From a virus, in the IMG/VR virus record IMGVR_UViG_3300029267_002600, positions 1 to 64,000 of that record: a stretch of 64,000 bases of DNA; one strand, given 5' to 3'. A program made the position numbers and the translations under genes. Positions within the stretch are counted from its first letter, which is position 1; each line of letters begins with the position of its first letter. This document shows positions 29,281 to 39,752 of this stretch, piece after piece. The notes under the pieces are model-generated. The model worked only from the letters and a program-made list of their open reading frames with translations. It did not search any database and was not told the origin of the DNA.

Positions 29281-30245
29281 TGGCATGGAAAGGCGATTCA
29301 CGAAGGCATTCATTGGCAAGGAAGGGCGTTAAGACAGCATCAGGAAGATTCAAGTTAAAAGATTATCGTGGTATTGATGGTCGTTTAAAGAAGCCCGACA
29401 TGGTAATGAATCTTGAAGTTGCATTAAAACAGGAAGGGCTTCCAGAATTTGCATGGGATAAGGGCGCAATAGATGGAGAACCATTTGGATGGATAGATTT
29501 CGGTTGGGAAGATGATTATGGTATTGGAATTGGAACATATGTTATAGTAATGAACGGAGATGAATTTGAAGTATATGATCAGAATGGGAATATGCTATTC
29601 AGAACGGATAGCGTTTCAAGGGCAGAATATATTGTAAAGCAATTGACAATTCAGAAATGGAGAGATGATATGCTTGAAAGCCCATATGGAGATCTCATGG
29701 ATTATGTTAAGGATGGGGAACTAACCGAGAAAGGTTTAATGGAATATGATCGGTTTGCAAAATTGATCATGGCTTCGGGGAAAGATAAAAAAAGAGCAGA
29801 ATTAACGGATAAAGAGGAAGGGGCATGGAATTTTGCAATGGAATATTATTTAAATGAAGGCAAATCTGATGAGGAAGCGGATGAGTTGGCATGGAAAGAT
29901 ATTCAGCAGGAGTTTCCAAGATTGAAGAAATATAAAGGGATCATCAACAATAAATCATTGAAATCTAAAGGGCAATTACAGTTCAAAACACCTATCAACG
30001 AATATCAAAGGTTCATGGATAAACTATCAGCAGAAACAATGGCAGATTTGGGTTCAGATGCAGATTACTCCGATCCAAATAAATTTGTTACTGTAATTGT
30101 AGATATTCCTGACAAATGGGATTATACAGAAATAGATGGTTTTAATTACTATGATCACACAAGAAATAGAATCATGCGGTATGCGAAGGAATATAATGCA
30201 AGATTAAAATATGAAGAAAAGGAAGGAAAGGAGAAATATTACTGA
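29280..30245 (+). CDS. leader family protein 15/25
   Basis: MAWKGDSRRHSLARKGVKTASGRFK. Track ORF 29265..30245. Confidence 0.85.
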   Translation: MAWKGDSRRHSLARKGVKTASGRFKLKDYRGIDGRLKKPDMVMNLEVALKQEGLPEFAWDKGAIDGEPFGWIDFGWEDDYGIGIGTYVIVMNGDEFEVYDQNGNMLFRTDSVSRAEYIVKQLTIQKWRDDMLESPYGDLMDYVKDGELTEKGLMEYDRFAKLIMASGKDKKRAELTDKEEGAWNFAMEYYLNEGKSDEEADELAWKDIQQEFPRLKKYKGIINNKSLKSKGQLQFKTPINEYQRFMDKLSAETMADLGSDADYSDPNKFVTVIVDIPDKWDYTEIDGFNYYDHTRNRIMRYAKEYNARLKYEEKEGKEKYY

Positions 30246-31609
30246 TGAATCGCAAAGTATATAGGTATATAGGTAATAATCGCCCAAGTGCAAGGGGTAT
30301 CAGTATGAAAAAAGCAATGAATATACTATTAATGATAGGAATAGTGGCAATGATTTGTATGCCAATAGTGAATGCAATCCAAACGGATAAGATATATGTC
30401 GGCACGACAGGGGCTATTGGTGGTTACAATACCTATGACTATGATTGTTATAGGTATGGAGATTATATCGTATGGGTAAGGTCATTGGATATTTATGATA
30501 GTGGTGGGAATGTCAATCCAGATGGTGATACAATTGATATGTATGATCCGAGTTGGATTATGCTTCATCAAATCTCCACAGGAGAATCATGGAACATAAC
30601 GCCAGATTATGATGCAGGATTGAAAATTGCGCCCAACTACTATTATCATTCACAATCTCCCACGATTTCCAACAATAAGATATTATATGAAGAAGTGTAT
30701 GGTGATGATAATTGGGAAAGAACATTATATATGTATAATATTTCCACAGATGAACATTGGCAAATCCCACATGGTTCATTATCACAATATACAGCAGGGT
30801 ATGAGCATATGATCTATGGAGATTGGATTTATTTCACACATTATGGTGGTGGTGGAAGGCAAATATTTGTATATAATTACGATACAGGGGAAGGTAGAAG
30901 AATTGATGATGGTGTGGTATTAAATTCAAATTTAGGAATGAACGAAGATTTTATGTGGTTTAGTGATACAAGCGGAAGCCCCCACGATCTTATGATATAC
31001 TCATTGGAAACTGATAAATTAACGGAAATCACAGGAGTAAATGTTGGATATAATATCTATGCATCAGATAAATCATCAATGGATGGATTATTGGGCATAA
31101 CCATAAAAAGTGGAGTAGATTTCGATTCATATATAATTGATATGGAAGGCATGAATATCACATCCGAAGGTGGAACGGAATTAATATATTGGGAAAACAT
31201 TGCAGAAGAAAACATTATCGTGGTAGATACTGACGATTCATATAATTCATATGCGCCTTACACAGATGGCAATTATGCGATTTACCAATATTATGAGAAT
31301 GAAGCAGATATAATGATACACGATATTGACGATAATTCAAGCACAGTATTCATAAATTCGGATAATGATGAGGATCTTTATGATTATTATAATACAATGA
31401 TTCTATATTCGACAAATCAGAACAGTTTTACGCACAACAATGATGCAACAGATGATTACGATATTTACAGATCAGAAAGCGAAACCGAGAACATTGGTAA
31501 TACAATAACCGAGATGATACCGTTAATAATTATCATCATGGTTATCGGCGCAATCTTGGGCGCATTTGCAATGTTTGGTGGATCGGCAGGTGATGGGGGT
31601 ATGCTTTGA
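30245..31609 (+). CDS. secreted, C-terminally anchored beta-propeller-like protein (paralogue of 47434..48594)
   Basis: Signal peptide from the alternative ATG at about 30305 (MKKAMNILLMIGIVAMICMPIVNA). Shares PSWIM[LV]H..G.SWNIT, L[YF]MYNIS and DWI.[YF]TH with 47434..48594. C-terminal TM. Confidence 0.7.
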   Translation: MNRKVYRYIGNNRPSARGISMKKAMNILLMIGIVAMICMPIVNAIQTDKIYVGTTGAIGGYNTYDYDCYRYGDYIVWVRSLDIYDSGGNVNPDGDTIDMYDPSWIMLHQISTGESWNITPDYDAGLKIAPNYYYHSQSPTISNNKILYEEVYGDDNWERTLYMYNISTDEHWQIPHGSLSQYTAGYEHMIYGDWIYFTHYGGGGRQIFVYNYDTGEGRRIDDGVVLNSNLGMNEDFMWFSDTSGSPHDLMIYSLETDKLTEITGVNVGYNIYASDKSSMDGLLGITIKSGVDFDSYIIDMEGMNITSEGGTELIYWENIAEENIIVVDTDDSYNSYAPYTDGNYAIYQYYENEADIMIHDIDDNSSTVFINSDNDEDLYDYYNTMILYSTNQNSFTHNNDATDDYDIYRSESETENIGNTITEMIPLIIIIMVIGAILGAFAMFGGSAGDGGML

Positions 31610-34218
31610 TGAAAAGGTTGTTATCAATGATGATAATAATAACAGTATTATTAATGCCATTTACAGCAATAGGGGAAAGCCAAGATAATCTTGTAGAGAA
31701 CGGCACGTTTGATACAGATATGGATGGATGGAATACACAAACTTCACAGAACTTCAGCATCACATCAAATGCAGGAGTATGTGATGTAAATACGACACAC
31801 ACAGATTGGATGCTTGATTTTGATAATACTATGATGAATGCAACCTTATATAATATGACATTAAAAAATGGAGATCCAAGCGAATCTTTCCTGAACAACT
31901 ATACAGAATTGGATGGTTATCAATATCAAGTATTGAATAATACTTTCGATAATTATTCATTGAACGGTTGGGAATATCTTGAACAGCAACCATCAGTATC
32001 GCCTTTCTTGAGAACGAATTTCAGTTCAGCATATAATTTATCTGCCAATTTGAGTTTGGGGGCAGAATCAATTAAATTGCATAATATTACTGATTTTGAT
32101 GATAATTTAACCACAGAAAGATCATCAATAGGATATGAAAATGCTTCCACAGATTTTGTATATAAAACAGGGCATTACGAATGCAATTATACAAATAGCA
32201 GATATGCAGTTAGATGCTGGAATATATCAGAAAGGCGAGTTATAAGCGGAATAAATTCTAATGAATTTGGAATGAATGTCAGCATAATATCAAACGAAAG
32301 TGGATTGCAACAAAATAATGCGTGGATATTAATCGGATATGGTAATAGAGATGAACTGGAATCAAGCCCACAGAATCCACTAAATCATATGACCGTTTAT
32401 ATTAGAAGATACAATTCAACCCATATGCGAAGCCATATGCTATTAAGAAATGCAACAGGTTCAGCATATAATGTTGGATATTCTTACTGGAATTATAGTA
32501 ATTTTACTAACGGTATAAATGTATCAATATATTCTTCTTCACAATCAGAAGTGGGTTATTCAATTAAAGATATATCAACAGATCATATTTTAGCATCAAC
32601 AAAAGGTGGTGGCAGGATAAATTTCATTATAAATTGCATACACACAAGATCTTATCACACAGGAACGGAAAGCATATCTGCCAATATAACACACATGAAA
32701 TCATGGTTAGCCCCGAACAACTTGCCAACATCTGCATCCAGCACATTCAATAAGACGATCAACATAGCTAATGAATCAGTAAGATTGGATATAGAAACTA
32801 ACAGATTGCACTATCATAATGCATTCAATGGATTAGTAAAATCCGCAATTGGAATAAATTCATCACATGGTTCATCAGAATTAAGCAATATATCCACATC
32901 ATCAACATCCTCTTGGTTATCAACGGATGATACAATTAGGAATGTAACTGGCAACTTCACACTATCATCATGGAATTACTTTTCATTGAGTGAAGGTCAA
33001 ACAAGTTTTCCAGCAAAGGCAGTATATTACGATAATCTGACGATTACTGCAACAGAATATGATTGGAACGGAACATACGAATCACAGATTTTTGATAGAA
33101 GTTATTATGCGGATTGGCAAACGATAGAACTTTATTTTAATGATACTGATGGAACATATTCTCCATCATATCCATTTCAAACATTCTTTAATATATCTGT
33201 ATATACAAGAGTAGGCGATCATGCGGTAGTTGATGGCACATGGAGTAGTTGGCAACAAACCGAAAATCAGCAATATTCGTATATTGGTTACTTATTTTGG
33301 CAGGGCAATATTGCATCCAAGAACGGTGAATTTTTCCAATATAAGATAGATATAGATTTATGGAAAAGAGGATTAGAACCGCCGAGATTTTTATTCTCAC
33401 AATTCAGTTCCATCCCTATAAACACATCAATGGAATGGGGTAGTTTTGATCAGAACATTACGAAGCCCTACACTAACTACACTACTTTAAAATACGATTA
33501 CAAAATTCAGGAATTGAATAATACAATCAACGGCACGATTCAGGTATTCATTAATGGATCGTTGATCAATCAGCACAATTACACATTTTTTGAAACAGGA
33601 TGGAACAATGTTGAGATAGATTTAGATTCAATATATAATGTTTCTGGAACTTATAACCTTAACTTTACGATTATAACAAATTTCAACTCAACGAATGGCA
33701 GTTCAACAGTTTGGTTTGATAATGTAGAGATGTTAATTACAAAACAAGCCCCGACAATCACATCCTTTGAAATTCATAATGAAACAGATATTAGGTTTAG
33801 CGGTAACTTTACCGATTTATCAAGGGGTTCAGATTATCAATATCTTGGGGCAGATGGTATAGAATCGGTGAATATAACTGTCGGAGATGTCGTTCTTGAA
33901 ATTGATGATTATACTTATTTAGGTGATGGTAATTTTTCATTCAACTATACTTGGGAAAATACGCCTTTTGAGATAGGGGGGAATATAACTTATGATGCTA
34001 CTTTAACCGTATTGGACATTACAGATCTTCAGGATCAGGAAGTTCAGGAAGTATTAATGCCATCAGCAACAGGATTCATGGTTGCAATCTTATCGGCAGG
34101 ATTAGTAGTTATATTTGTAGTATTGATAATAGGAAGGCATTTGGGAACAGAATGGGATACTATTAAGCCCAAGCATGAAGGTATAATGCCTACAACTTTG
34201 ACAGGAAAAGGGAGATGA
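31609..34218 (+). CDS. large surface glycoprotein with CBM/jelly-roll-like ends and C-terminal TM anchor
   Basis: Signal peptide. NLVENGTFDTDMDGWNTQ and VWFDNVEM resemble CBM_4_9-type modules. Very many sequons. TM near the C-terminus. Confidence 0.65.
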   Translation: MKRLLSMMIIITVLLMPFTAIGESQDNLVENGTFDTDMDGWNTQTSQNFSITSNAGVCDVNTTHTDWMLDFDNTMMNATLYNMTLKNGDPSESFLNNYTELDGYQYQVLNNTFDNYSLNGWEYLEQQPSVSPFLRTNFSSAYNLSANLSLGAESIKLHNITDFDDNLTTERSSIGYENASTDFVYKTGHYECNYTNSRYAVRCWNISERRVISGINSNEFGMNVSIISNESGLQQNNAWILIGYGNRDELESSPQNPLNHMTVYIRRYNSTHMRSHMLLRNATGSAYNVGYSYWNYSNFTNGINVSIYSSSQSEVGYSIKDISTDHILASTKGGGRINFIINCIHTRSYHTGTESISANITHMKSWLAPNNLPTSASSTFNKTINIANESVRLDIETNRLHYHNAFNGLVKSAIGINSSHGSSELSNISTSSTSSWLSTDDTIRNVTGNFTLSSWNYFSLSEGQTSFPAKAVYYDNLTITATEYDWNGTYESQIFDRSYYADWQTIELYFNDTDGTYSPSYPFQTFFNISVYTRVGDHAVVDGTWSSWQQTENQQYSYIGYLFWQGNIASKNGEFFQYKIDIDLWKRGLEPPRFLFSQFSSIPINTSMEWGSFDQNITKPYTNYTTLKYDYKIQELNNTINGTIQVFINGSLINQHNYTFFETGWNNVEIDLDSIYNVSGTYNLNFTIITNFNSTNGSSTVWFDNVEMLITKQAPTITSFEIHNETDIRFSGNFTDLSRGSDYQYLGADGIESVNITVGDVVLEIDDYTYLGDGNFSFNYTWENTPFEIGGNITYDATLTVLDITDLQDQEVQEVLMPSATGFMVAILSAGLVVIFVVLIIGRHLGTEWDTIKPKHEGIMPTTLTGKGR

Positions 34219-34222
34219 TAAT

Positions 34223-37200
34223 ATGAAAAGTAAAATAGTGGCAATGTTGATTGTGATCGGAATATTCGGAATGAACTTCGCAACAATCAGCATGGGCATA
34301 ACGCCCATTGATAATAAGATAATAGCAGAACCAAATCAAAAATCTATTTTAAGTCTAAACCAAATATTATTTTATGATGATGGCACAAATGAAACATGGG
34401 AGAAAAATGAAGAAAAAGATGGTGGAAATATTACACTTAATACAACTTTTGATGGTAGAACTTGTCATAGATTATCTGGCAATCAATCAACATCAGTTGC
34501 ATATGCAATCCAAAACGAAACATTCACAACAGAATATGATAAAATTGAGATATTTTGGATACAAAATACTACAATGAACAATACAGATGATAAAGCAGAT
34601 ATAGGTTTTTATTCAAGGAATTGTTTTGTTGGTACAGGGGTTCAAGAACATAATTCTACACATGATGCTATGTGGGTTCAAAATGGAACTGGAGTTCCTA
34701 TAATATATGAATATATTGAAAAAAACAGAAATCAATGGGTAAATTATAGTTTGAGAGCAGAATGGAATGGAACAGGTTATACTTATGATGTATATGACAA
34801 TGGAACTTATGTAATGTCAGGGGCATCATATAATTTAAGTGTATTTGGTGGATGGATTTCTAACATAACAATTCTCCAATATTCTATCGGCACAGGATCT
34901 TCAGATTCTCATATTTGGTTTGATGAGATTAGTTTCCAAAGTATAACACATATACATTCACCGATAAGGATCAATTCAAATACAGATTTCACTTTTGATA
35001 ATGGAGTAACATCAGGAACAGGGGTTTGGAACGATCCCTACATAATAGATAATTGGATTATCAATGGAACAGGATATGGATCTGGAATATATATAGGCAA
35101 TACAACAAAACATTTTATCATCAGAAATTGCACGATATATAATTCAACAAATTATTCATCATCAGTTTATTATGGTGAATCTGGAATCTGTATATATGAA
35201 ACATATAATGCGACAATCCATAATAATACATTTTGGAATAATACAAGGCAAATTTATATGGAAAATAGCGTTCAGGATGAATATAATATTACCATAACTA
35301 AAAATAAATTCTCTAATTTAGATGAAAGTTTAATTAATTATGGGATTTATATTGAAAATGCAAATAATATAACGATAGATAATAATAATGCCACAGATCT
35401 TTATGGATTCGGAATGGATTTAGATACAATAAATAATGCAACGATAATAAATAATGAAATGAATAATGTTGGAAAAGGATCGCCAGTAATGAGATTTTTT
35501 GTAATGGAAAATTTTACTGTAAGCAATAATACAATCTTAATAGGTTCAATGGTGAATGCAAACGGTATGCTACTTACTGATATAAAAAATGGTCAAATTG
35601 ATTCTAATTATATATTTGATATGCTTATTGCTGGAATGATTATTGCTTCAGGTGGTGGTGGGGTTGATAATGTAACTGTATTTCATAATGAGATAGAAGA
35701 TTGCCAATACGGATTAAGGATTACAACCCCATCAGTAAATAATGTTACGATCTATCATAATAATTTCATAGATAATTCAGTATCACACATAGAAAGTATT
35801 TATTCTTCAACATCAAACAAATTTCATCTTGGGCATCAATTTGGTGGAAATTATTATAATGATTTGATTACCGAAGATTTTTATCATGGTATCAATCAAA
35901 ATCTTGTTGGGATAGATAATTTAAATGATACTGGAATAACCGTTAGTGCCAATGTTAATGATGCTTATCCATTGATTTATCCCTTTGAAACTAACAATAC
36001 TCCAGTTGCGGAAGCAGGGGCAGATAATTACACTCAAAGAGTTCATTATATTTCGGCATACAATTCATCAGATGCAGGTGGATCGGCATTGAATTATACT
36101 TGGAACTTCACATACAATTCTAATCCATACACCTATTACACAATGAATTTCAGTTTTAACTTTGCCATTCAAGGCAATTATACAGTAACATTGAATGTAA
36201 CTGATATTGATGGCAATTGGGATATAGATACAATGACCGTTTATGCCCAACCATTAACAGCAAATGCAGGGGCAGATGATAGTGTTTATCGTGGAAATTC
36301 ATATCAATTTAATGCTTCAGGATCTTTAGGGGCAATTAATAATTGGACATGGAATTTCACACACAATTCAACATCAGAATATCTTTACGGCGAAACACCA
36401 TCCTTTGAATTTTGGGAACTTGGAATAATTAATGTAACATTAAATGTAACAGATGTTTATGGAAGCTATGATTTAGATTGGATGAATCTAACTGTATTGA
36501 ATAATCCACCAACGGCAAATGCAGGAGTTAATCAAGCAGGATTGAAGGGCATCTACACATTAGATGGTTCAGGATCTTCCGATATAGATGGAACGATTCA
36601 GAACTATACATGGAATTTCACATACAACGGCAATCCGCAAACACTTTATCTGACATATCCCATGTTTAACTTCCAGATATTAGGCAACTACTTTATAACT
36701 TTAAATGTAACAGATAATGATGGTGGATATGATCATGATACCACTTGGGTTAATATATCTAATGCAAATCCAGTAGCCAATGCAGGAACGGATATAATAG
36801 GCAAGAGATTGATCACATTTGATGGTTCTTTATCATCTGATGTTGATGGTTCGATTGTAAATTATACTTGGACATTTTCAGATGATGGAACGCCAGTAAC
36901 ATTGTATGGGGTTAGCCCAAGTTATGATTTCAACATATCTCAAGCCCCGATCACAGTAACATTGAATGTAACTGATGATGAGGGTGGCACAGATGAAGAT
37001 ACAGTTCTTGTAACTTTAGTATTTCAATTACCGATAGCGGATGCAGGAGAAGATCAGGGAACTAACAAAGGAACATTCATATTGGATGGTTCTGGATCTT
37101 CCGATCCTGATGGTAGCATAATCAACTGGACATGGACATTCACCTATGATGGTTCTCCAGAAACATTATGGGGAGATCAACCCACATTTGACTTCTTACT

Positions 37201-37966
37201 TGAAGGCAATTATCAGATAACATTGAACGTAACTGATGATGATTGGAGATATGATGAAGATACCACATGGGTTAATATCACATTCAAGAAGCCAGTAGCC
37301 AGTTTTACAATAAACCCATCTGGAACATTGAAGGGTTGGAGATTAGTTGATGGCAATCCATCATCTGATGCAGATGGCACGATAGTTAATTACACATACG
37401 AATGGGAATACAATTCGATCACATATTATCGTTATGTTGCACAGTTCTCATTCAATTTCCTACTTGAAGGCACATATAATATCACATTGAATATCACAGA
37501 TGATGATGGATTACAGGATGAAACATACAGGACATTTAGCATAGTATTTGTAGATCCTGTTGCGGTCATATCTGACATCCCCTCTTTTATTATAACAGAT
37601 AATGTAACAAAAGTATTACAAGGTAATGAAATCGAATTTGATGGAAGCGAATCATATGATCTGGATGGCACGATTGCAAATTACACATGGAGTTTCACTT
37701 ACAACAATGTAAGTTATGAATACTATGGGGTTAGTTTCAATTTCACATTTAGCGAATCGGAAGAAAATATTACAATCACGTTGAATGTAACAGATGATGA
37801 TGGCTTATCTGACGAAACATCAATAATTATTACAGTAAGAAGCGCAAGTGAATATCTTGCCGATCTATTATTATTGCTTATCCCATTGTTCATAGTTCTA
37901 ATGTTAGTCATGATAGTAATCGCATATGTTAAGAAAACGACAAACCAACAGGAAGGTGATATTTAA
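34223..37966 (+). CDS. giant surface protein: lectin-like N-domain, parallel beta-helix repeats, seven PKD-like domains, C-terminal TM anchor
   Basis: Signal peptide. Repeated [IV]xNNxF/I.N.T beta-helix-like units (IIRNCTIYNSTN, ATIHNNTFWNNT, VTIYHNNFIDNS). Seven units of about 85 aa with ANAG..DGS.S.D.DG.I.NYTW.F...G.Y.ITLNVTDDDG. TM at the end. Confidence 0.75.
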   Translation: MKSKIVAMLIVIGIFGMNFATISMGITPIDNKIIAEPNQKSILSLNQILFYDDGTNETWEKNEEKDGGNITLNTTFDGRTCHRLSGNQSTSVAYAIQNETFTTEYDKIEIFWIQNTTMNNTDDKADIGFYSRNCFVGTGVQEHNSTHDAMWVQNGTGVPIIYEYIEKNRNQWVNYSLRAEWNGTGYTYDVYDNGTYVMSGASYNLSVFGGWISNITILQYSIGTGSSDSHIWFDEISFQSITHIHSPIRINSNTDFTFDNGVTSGTGVWNDPYIIDNWIINGTGYGSGIYIGNTTKHFIIRNCTIYNSTNYSSSVYYGESGICIYETYNATIHNNTFWNNTRQIYMENSVQDEYNITITKNKFSNLDESLINYGIYIENANNITIDNNNATDLYGFGMDLDTINNATIINNEMNNVGKGSPVMRFFVMENFTVSNNTILIGSMVNANGMLLTDIKNGQIDSNYIFDMLIAGMIIASGGGGVDNVTVFHNEIEDCQYGLRITTPSVNNVTIYHNNFIDNSVSHIESIYSSTSNKFHLGHQFGGNYYNDLITEDFYHGINQNLVGIDNLNDTGITVSANVNDAYPLIYPFETNNTPVAEAGADNYTQRVHYISAYNSSDAGGSALNYTWNFTYNSNPYTYYTMNFSFNFAIQGNYTVTLNVTDIDGNWDIDTMTVYAQPLTANAGADDSVYRGNSYQFNASGSLGAINNWTWNFTHNSTSEYLYGETPSFEFWELGIINVTLNVTDVYGSYDLDWMNLTVLNNPPTANAGVNQAGLKGIYTLDGSGSSDIDGTIQNYTWNFTYNGNPQTLYLTYPMFNFQILGNYFITLNVTDNDGGYDHDTTWVNISNANPVANAGTDIIGKRLITFDGSLSSDVDGSIVNYTWTFSDDGTPVTLYGVSPSYDFNISQAPITVTLNVTDDEGGTDEDTVLVTLVFQLPIADAGEDQGTNKGTFILDGSGSSDPDGSIINWTWTFTYDGSPETLWGDQPTFDFLLEGNYQITLNVTDDDWRYDEDTTWVNITFKKPVASFTINPSGTLKGWRLVDGNPSSDADGTIVNYTYEWEYNSITYYRYVAQFSFNFLLEGTYNITLNITDDDGLQDETYRTFSIVFVDPVAVISDIPSFIITDNVTKVLQGNEIEFDGSESYDLDGTIANYTWSFTYNNVSYEYYGVSFNFTFSESEENITITLNVTDDDGLSDETSIIITVRSASEYLADLLLLLIPLFIVLMLVMIVIAYVKKTTNQQEGDI
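36002..37840 (+). repeat. seven tandem PKD-like domain repeats (coding)
   Basis: Units start PVAEAGADN, PLTANAGADD, PPTANAGVNQ, PVANAGTDI, PIADAGEDQ, PVASFTINP and PVAVISDIP. Each ends ..LNVTD.DG..D. Confidence 0.7.
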
Positions 37967-38073
37967 TGGCAAGAAAAGGCATTCCCAAAAGGGATGGATC
38001 GGGTAAAGGAAAGGGTTTGAATAAAGGAAGGGGTGGATGCAAACCACCGAAGAAAAATAGGAAGGTGAAGTAG
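37966..38073 (+). CDS. 35-aa basic Gly-rich mini-protein (DUF5320-like?), below the track threshold
   Basis: MARKGIPKRDGSGKGKGLNKGRGGCKPPKKNRKVK. TAATG overlap upstream. Its last 27 nt plus the next gene start repeat 25273-25342. Confidence 0.45.
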   Translation: MARKGIPKRDGSGKGKGLNKGRGGCKPPKKNRKVK

Positions 38074-38074
38074 G

Positions 38075-38599
38075 ATGGCATGGAAGAACGAATCTCGAAG
38101 GCATTCATTGGCAAGGCGTGGTATTAAAACAGCAGATGGTTCATATGGAAGAAGCCCTAACCAATATACAAAATATTGGTATGAGATGCAAATTGCATTA
38201 GACCGTTATCTTGGATTAACAGAAATAGGATTGGATGTTGAAAAGGTAAAAAGGATTAAAGATCCAACTCAACCACAAGATCTGGAATATACATTCAAGA
38301 TAGATGGTAGGGAATTTACGGTTCAATTCACATTTTTGAGAAGGGAAGGAATAACCGATCTGAAATTTGTTCCTGAATCGGATCTTGAAATATTTGATGA
38401 AATGCATTGGAATATTGAGCAAGGAAAGAAAGCATCAGGAATCTTACCTGCACATATTACAACCATGAGTTCAAGACAAAGAAAAGAAGAACAAGAAAGG
38501 AAAAATCTATTAGAATTAGAAAGAAAAATTAAAGAAATGAGTGATGAAGAAAGAAGGGAAATGTTAGAAATACTCAAAAAATATAAAGAATGGGATTAA
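38075..38599 (+). CDS. leader family protein 16/25
   Basis: MAWKNESRRHSLARRGIKTADGSYG. Internal KKASG. Confidence 0.85.
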   Translation: MAWKNESRRHSLARRGIKTADGSYGRSPNQYTKYWYEMQIALDRYLGLTEIGLDVEKVKRIKDPTQPQDLEYTFKIDGREFTVQFTFLRREGITDLKFVPESDLEIFDEMHWNIEQGKKASGILPAHITTMSSRQRKEEQERKNLLELERKIKEMSDEERREMLEILKKYKEWD

Positions 38600-38601
38600 T
38601 C

Positions 38602-39144
38602 ATGGCATGGAAGGGCGAGAGCAGAAGGCATAGTCTTGCAAGGAAAGGTGTAAGTACAGCACATGGTTTAAATCCAGATCTGGAGAGAATATCACAGAAT
38701 TATGAGGAAAGACTTCAAGCAATACAGGAATTTTTGGATAATCCAACGACAGAAGATCCCGAAACCAACTATTACAACTATCTTGAATTATTAATGGGCT
38801 TACCATACACAAGAAGAATACTTGATAAAACAGCATCAGCAAAAGAGCAGTTTAGTTTTAAAGAGATGGGAAAAACGATTGAGTTATATGATCTCCATTT
38901 CTATGATAAACAATTACCACTTCAGAAGTTAAATTATGATGAATATATCGAAATGATAAACCTAATGGCTTCAGAACCAAGAATAACAAGGGATATTCAC
39001 ATGAAATTAGCCAAGAAAGGTTGGGTATCATTGTATGATGGGTATTATGATGCAGTAATTCCATCATATCGTGCATACCGACAGTTAAAGGAATATGATC
39101 TTCAGGATTATGTATGGGATGAAGAAAAAAGGTGGTTGCAATAG
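38602..39144 (+). CDS. leader family protein 17/25
   Basis: MAWKGESRRHSLARKGVSTAHG. Track ORF 38590..39144. Confidence 0.85.
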   Translation: MAWKGESRRHSLARKGVSTAHGLNPDLERISQNYEERLQAIQEFLDNPTTEDPETNYYNYLELLMGLPYTRRILDKTASAKEQFSFKEMGKTIELYDLHFYDKQLPLQKLNYDEYIEMINLMASEPRITRDIHMKLAKKGWVSLYDGYYDAVIPSYRAYRQLKEYDLQDYVWDEEKRWLQ

Positions 39145-39752
39145 GTTGGAAAGGTGAAAGCCGAAGGCATAGTCTTGCCAGAAAGGGAGTTAAGACAGCG
39201 AAAGGCATCACAAATTCCAAGTATAATGTAATCAACAGCAAGGGTAAGCCCAAGTTGAAGATCGGATTGCCCGATTACAGCAGGGATCAGATAAAGCATC
39301 TATGCCAATTAGCGAATGGCAAAGAATGGATTGCCGAGTTAAATATGGTTAATGGAGATATTCTTATAGATGATATTCAGGTATCGAAGGAAGTTGATCA
39401 TTCTTATTTGCGTTGGAATAAGGGGGATGAAAGCCATAATGTTGGCTACATTCACTTTCATCCCAAGACTTTAATCCCTGAATTTTCCGCACAGGATTTC
39501 GTATTGGCAATAGAGATTCATGATATTCGTGGAAATAAGGGGAATTATCCATATACGATAATGGGCTTGGTATATCCAGATGATAACGATAAGTTACATT
39601 TGAGAATGTATGCGATCAATCCCAAGCAAGATTACAAGCCAATGCTTGAAGGCAGGGAAGTAACAGAAAGGGATTTGAAGGAAGAAATTGATGTCATGAT
39701 CAGCAATCAGGAGTTAATCAAATTGAACAACATAAGTGGAGATATATCATGA
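39132..39752 (+). CDS. leader family protein 18/25 with possible JAB/MPN-like metalloprotease body
   Basis: GTG start, (M)VAIGWKGESRRHSLARKGVKTAKG. HFHPKTLIPEFSAQD approximates the JAMM H-x-H-x7-S-x2-D motif but has one extra residue. A Glu lies upstream (EWIAELNMVNG). Confidence 0.8.
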   Translation: MVAIGWKGESRRHSLARKGVKTAKGITNSKYNVINSKGKPKLKIGLPDYSRDQIKHLCQLANGKEWIAELNMVNGDILIDDIQVSKEVDHSYLRWNKGDESHNVGYIHFHPKTLIPEFSAQDFVLAIEIHDIRGNKGNYPYTIMGLVYPDDNDKLHLRMYAINPKQDYKPMLEGREVTERDLKEEIDVMISNQELIKLNNISGDIS

